64,000 nt of DNA from contig JBBSVN010000012.1 of the NCBI GenBank assembly GCA_038046765.1, forward strand, positions 36,044 to 100,043, in the 5' to 3' direction. Of this stretch, positions 59,777 through 64,000 are shown one piece after another; the first letter of the stretch is position 1, and every line of letters begins with the position of its first letter. The notes below the pieces were generated by a model. That model saw nothing but the letters and a program-made list of their open reading frames with translations. It was not told the origin of the DNA and did no database searches. Source of the DNA: Candidatus Micrarchaeota archaeon. GTDB taxonomy: Archaea; Micrarchaeota; Micrarchaeia; Anstonellales; Bilamarchaeaceae. The position numbers and the translations under genes were made by a program.

Positions 59777-60208
59777 GTGCACCTTATCGTTGATACGAAT
59801 ATAATAATTTCTGCATTAATAAGAAGGGCAATAACCTATGAAATAATTAAAATAGGAAATTTACACATTTATGTTCCCGAGCATTCAATACAAGAAATCG
59901 AAAGAAACAAACAAGAAATAATCGATAAGATGAAAGTATCTGCTGACGAATTTCAAATTGTTCTTATTAGCCTTCTTTCTCATGTTGAAATTATTCCTAG
60001 GGGGCAGTATTGTGAATTTGAAGAACAAGCAAAACAAGTTTGTCCACATTACAAGGATTTTACTTTTTTTGCGCTTGCCTTAGCTAAAGATTTGCCGCTT
60101 TGGACTAATGAAAAGAGACTTGCGCAACAGAGTCGTGTAACTGTTTATAATACTGGTCAAATAATTGAAAAGATTGGAAGAAATTTGTTTGTTAGACTTA
60201 ATTTATGA
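59777..60208 (+). CDS. PIN-domain (VapC-like) toxin
   Basis: IVDTNIIISAL, KDFTFFALAL, LWTNEK. Confidence 0.82.
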   Translation: MHLIVDTNIIISALIRRAITYEIIKIGNLHIYVPEHSIQEIERNKQEIIDKMKVSADEFQIVLISLLSHVEIIPRGQYCEFEEQAKQVCPHYKDFTFFALALAKDLPLWTNEKRLAQQSRVTVYNTGQIIEKIGRNLFVRLNL

Positions 60209-60212
60209 TTTG

Positions 60213-61718
60213 TCAGCTTTTAAAATCCAAAGTCCTTAATTTCCCGTATTTAGTTTCATAAACAGGAACCATTGCAGGCGTTGGTATATGTCCCTGCTTT
60301 ACCTGATACTCTGTCTGGTCCTGAAATGTCCCGGAATTAATTACCAAAGTTCCACGATACGCAGTATAGCCATTCTTGTGCACGTGTCCTGAGTGAAAAA
60401 CATCCGGTTCATCTTCAATAACAAAGTAATCAATTTTTTCAGGTATGATCAGATTACCTGGGTAAATAGGAGATAAATGCCTTCTTTTTAAGTACTCTAC
60501 CATAACTTTTTCAGGATGGGCATAACTTGCATTTGGTAAACATGCAATTAATGAATCCATACTTGTCCCATGGTAAATCAAATGTTTTAATCCTTCGATA
60601 TTTACTGTACTAGGATTTCCGATTCGGACAATTCGGTCATTTTTAATTAGGTCTTTTGGTATTGCTGGCATTGGTTCGCCACGTCTTACTGCATCGTGAT
60701 TTCCTGGTCCTACAATTACTTCGATATAATCAGGGACGCGCTCTAAAAAATCATCGAACATTTCATACTGTTTATAAATATCTTTGATCGTAAGTTCTTT
60801 TTCCTGATTCGGATAAACACCTATCCCATCAACAATATCTCCTGCAACAACAACATATTTTACTTTGGACGCAATATCCTTTGCTTCGCCCTTTCCTTGG
60901 AGCCATTCAGTAAAATAGTCAAAATATTTACTAAGAAAGTATCTTGACCCATAATGAATATCACTTATATAAACAATTCCAAGGTCGTTTTCCGTGGTTT
61001 TGCGTTCGCGCATTACAGGTAAATCTGGCCACTCAACTTCTTCAGCTATTAAGAACGCCTCCATTGCCTTTCCAGTTATTGCAATAACATCATCTTTTAG
61101 GATGTATCCCACTTTATCCCATACCTTTTCTTTTGAATTATTATCTTTTCCGTGTTCTACATGGCTAGAATTTTTTGAAATAATAACTTTAAATGTGCCA
61201 GTTAAATCTTCTACTTCAAGCATTACATTTCCTTTTTTTGTTTCACGTTTATCAAATACGCTAACAATGACCTTTACTTTCTGGTCTTTGTAATGCTTCA
61301 AATCTTTTAAGTCAACAATTGTTGTATGCCTGATACCGCCCCGAAGCATTTTCGCTAATTTTTCGTAGCGATCCCGAAAATAAGATATAAAATCGCCAAC
61401 TTCTCCTTTACTTCTTGATTTTCCTGTAACATCCCTAGTATGTGTTACCTGAATGTTTGAAGAATATTCCTTTGCAATTGGCTTAAAGAGCGGCTCTCTT
61501 AATATTTCCACTTTTACAGAATCAGCAGATAAATCAGAAGGTGCCTCCTTTGATATTTCAAGTTTATTTGTTTTATTTCTTATCTCGTCTAAATCTTCTT
61601 TAGTAATAAATGATTTATTTAGTGCGACAACTTGTTCGATAAGTTTTTCGTCTTTTTTTATTTCTTCTTGAGCCTCCAGTGTAAATCTCACACCTTTCTC
61701 CAGAAGCTTCTGCATCAT
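60213..61718 (-). CDS. polB: DNA polymerase D small subunit DP1
   Basis: YFRDRY, OB fold EDLTG, ISDIHYGS, AGDIVDGIGVYP, PGNHD, YHG, GHVH, NSGTFQ. Confidence 0.95.
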   Translation of the reverse strand: MMQKLLEKGVRFTLEAQEEIKKDEKLIEQVVALNKSFITKEDLDEIRNKTNKLEISKEAPSDLSADSVKVEILREPLFKPIAKEYSSNIQVTHTRDVTGKSRSKGEVGDFISYFRDRYEKLAKMLRGGIRHTTIVDLKDLKHYKDQKVKVIVSVFDKRETKKGNVMLEVEDLTGTFKVIISKNSSHVEHGKDNNSKEKVWDKVGYILKDDVIAITGKAMEAFLIAEEVEWPDLPVMRERKTTENDLGIVYISDIHYGSRYFLSKYFDYFTEWLQGKGEAKDIASKVKYVVVAGDIVDGIGVYPNQEKELTIKDIYKQYEMFDDFLERVPDYIEVIVGPGNHDAVRRGEPMPAIPKDLIKNDRIVRIGNPSTVNIEGLKHLIYHGTSMDSLIACLPNASYAHPEKVMVEYLKRRHLSPIYPGNLIIPEKIDYFVIEDEPDVFHSGHVHKNGYTAYRGTLVINSGTFQDQTEYQVKQGHIPTPAMVPVYETKYGKLRTLDFKS

Positions 61719-61727
61719 AAATAAGAC

Positions 61728-61979
61728 CTACTTAACCTTGAGTGATTCAAGTGCGCTTATTACTCCCCAAATTTGCGTTCGTGCATGGGCAGGCATGTTT
61801 ATATCTTCGCTTATTGACTCAATCAAGTATACTGCTGCGCTTGCCTTGACAATTTGTTCCTCATTGCTCTTAAGTCTTGTGCAAGCATCGTTTAATGCTT
61901 TTCTTATATTCTTTGGGATGCTATTATCTTCAGTAAGATTTTCGAGCATAGTTATAATTTCATTGACTTTTGGATCCAT
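61728..61979 (-). CDS. UPF0147 family protein
   Basis: DNSIPKNIR, DINMPAHARTQIW. Confidence 0.9.
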   Translation of the reverse strand: MDPKVNEIITMLENLTEDNSIPKNIRKALNDACTRLKSNEEQIVKASAAVYLIESISEDINMPAHARTQIWGVISALESLKVK

Positions 61980-62295
61980 ACGAGCCACCTCTTTATTTGC
62001 AAAAGTAAATCCTGTTGAATTTTTTTATTTTTTAAATAATCAGTTTGTTATTAATTAGTCTGCTTTTTTTTAAATAGGTATCTGTTAAGCAATGACAAGC
62101 TAATATATGCGCTTAAGAATTTCTGTTAGTCGATATAACTGCGTTGCGTTTTTCCATATGACGAATACTTTAAACGAGTCACGCTAAAATAAAAAGTAAG
62201 TTTGTTGCTTGTAGCGGAAAGTTTTTTTAAGCGCTTAAGTTAACCCTGATAGAATAATCACTAGTATTTAGAACCTAACTAGCTATTCTTTATTT

Positions 62296-63744
62296 ATGTT
62301 AAAATTCTACGATTCCTACTCTAAAACATTAATCGAATTTAATTACACTGGCCAAATAAATATGTATGTTTGCGGTTTGACTCCTTACGATAAAGCACAT
62401 GTTGGCCACTTAAGAACCTGTCTTGCTTTTGACTCAATCAAGCGTTTACTAATTAAAAGCGGGCTTGAAGTTCAACATATTCAAAATATCACTGATGTTG
62501 ATGATAAGATAATCAAGCGTTGCAAAGAAACTGGTACAGACCCAAAAGTACTCACAGAAACTAATCACAATGAAGCTTTAGAAATGTTTGACAAAGTTGG
62601 AATTATTCGGGCAGATGTTTATCCTAAAGTTACTCTTCATATAAAAGAAATTATCGAAATAATTCAAAAACTCATAAAAAATGGTTATGCATACCAAACA
62701 AAATCCGGAGTATACTATATTGTTGGCAAATTCTTAAAATATGGCAAATTAAGCGGTCAAAATCTAGATGAGGTAAAGGATGGCTCTAGGTTAGAAGTGG
62801 ATGAAACAAAGTACAATCCTGAAGATTTTGCCTTATGGAAAAATACATCCGGCGAAATAATCGAGTTTGATTCTCCGTGGGGTACTGGCAGGCCTGGGTG
62901 GCATATTGAATGCAGTGCAATGGCAGGTAAATATGCAAAAAAACTTCACATTCATGGTGGGGCTAGGGATTTAATTTTTCCGCATCATGAAAACGAGATT
63001 GCACAAAGCGAAGGCGCAACAAATGAAAAATTTGCAGAATTATGGCTTCACACTGGTTTTCTTACTGTTGATGGGGAGAAAATGAGTAAAAGCCTTGGAA
63101 ATTTTATTACTATTGATAAAATTGTAAATAAATTTAGTAAAAATGCAATTCGGTTTTTTATGTTAAATTCTCATTATCGGAGCCCTGTTGATTATAACGA
63201 AGCACAACTTGAAGCTGCGAGTGAAAGTGTTGAGCGCATACTAAACTCTATCGGACTTTTAAGAGAAGAACTTAAAGTTAAACTAAATGGGCCAGATGCA
63301 AATTTTAAACAAGAAACAAACGATCTAGTAAAAGAAATCTGGAGCTATCTTCGAAATGATTTTGATACTCCTAATGCATTAGCTAAACTATTTGACCTTG
63401 TGCGCGTTATAAATAAGCATGTTTCGAAAGAAAAAATTGATCACGCACAGCTTCTTCTTCTTGATAGCGGACTACAAAATATTTTGTGGGTATTTGGTTT
63501 TGAAGAGGAGAATAAACTATCGGGTTTAGACTCTAAAAAATCAGAACTGGAAGAAATAATTAAGGAGTTTGGTCTAAAAACAAAATCAAAACCAGACGAA
63601 ATGATCGAAAGTTTAATTGAACTTCGGATCGATGCTCGAGCTAAAAAGGATTATAAAAAGAGTGACCTGATTCGCTCTAAATTAAAGGAAATTGGAATTA
63701 TTATAGAAGATTCTAGCTCTGGGCAAAGATGGAAGGTTGAATGA
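62296..63744 (+). CDS. cysS: Cysteine--tRNA ligase
   Basis: YVCG, HVGH, NITDVDDKII, GRPGWHIECS, FPHHENE, KMSKS. Confidence 0.97.
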   Translation: MLKFYDSYSKTLIEFNYTGQINMYVCGLTPYDKAHVGHLRTCLAFDSIKRLLIKSGLEVQHIQNITDVDDKIIKRCKETGTDPKVLTETNHNEALEMFDKVGIIRADVYPKVTLHIKEIIEIIQKLIKNGYAYQTKSGVYYIVGKFLKYGKLSGQNLDEVKDGSRLEVDETKYNPEDFALWKNTSGEIIEFDSPWGTGRPGWHIECSAMAGKYAKKLHIHGGARDLIFPHHENEIAQSEGATNEKFAELWLHTGFLTVDGEKMSKSLGNFITIDKIVNKFSKNAIRFFMLNSHYRSPVDYNEAQLEAASESVERILNSIGLLREELKVKLNGPDANFKQETNDLVKEIWSYLRNDFDTPNALAKLFDLVRVINKHVSKEKIDHAQLLLLDSGLQNILWVFGFEEENKLSGLDSKKSELEEIIKEFGLKTKSKPDEMIESLIELRIDARAKKDYKKSDLIRSKLKEIGIIIEDSSSGQRWKVE

Positions 63745-63746
63745 GA

Positions 63747-64000
63747 TTATTCCAATACACTTATTGTAAACTTTCCCCCTTTTAATATTCTAAGTGCATA
63801 AATAAATTCTTCCTTTATTTGGGGGTCACTTTCTTCTCTTATTGCCTTCCCTAAAGCTTCTAAAATCTCATTCGTTCTCTTATTTATTATAATTAATGCT
63901 CTTGCAGAAGTTTCTCTTACTCTATCAGAAGATTCTAGTTTAGGGTCTAGTTTTTCCAGTAATTTTGGAATAGCTATCTCTGCTCTTAGTGTCCCCAATG
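63747..64000 (-). CDS. HEAT-repeat protein (3' end only)
   Basis: AIPKLLEKL..VRETSARAL, EALGKAI..ESDPQIK. Confidence 0.55.
   Translation of the reverse strand, partial: LGTLRAEIAIPKLLEKLDPKLESSDRVRETSARALIIINKRTNEILEALGKAIREESDPQIKEEFIYALRILKGGKFTISVLE

Noticed and set aside
3488..62058. Numerous 60-180 aa ORFs antisense to long genes (e.g. 3488-4018, 5069-5611, 39155-39688, 53562-56564)
   Set aside because: Shadow ORFs of well-supported genes, enriched in S/F/I/L and without motifs
62060..62160. Possible small gene upstream of UPF0147
   Set aside because: Frames are interrupted by stops after a few codons and no product is recognisable

Overview
AT-rich archaeal chromosomal segment. It carries both PolD subunits, Orc1/Cdc6, UPF0147, GGTGA-type SD motifs and TATA promoters; the gene mix suggests a DPANN/Micrarchaeota-like organism (inference). 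Contents: kbl/tdh threonine catabolism split by an atypical kinase, a Rad50-like ATPase, a complete proB-proA-proC set, a VOC/SRPBCC cluster, an ABC exporter, surface proteins, four putative TA pairs, an intein-containing PolD large subunit and cysS. Two things stand out. (1) At 33.0-44.4 kb a hydrogenase-4/Ehr-type membrane complex (HyfB, fused HyfC-E, HyfF, HyfG, HyfI) has a small subunit with no cysteine at all and a large subunit without Ni ligands. It is flanked by three paralogous beta-carbonic-anhydrase-like genes (one intact, one degenerate, one apparently permuted), making it a candidate redox-cofactor-free, ion-gradient-coupled CO2/bicarbonate machine. (2) Two box C/D guide RNAs that the ORF track cannot show; one is unusually long (~130 nt), with guides and an insert pointing at the 16S 3' minor domain (C1402, helix 45, anti-SD). 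All assignments come from motif recognition by eye; no database searches were run.
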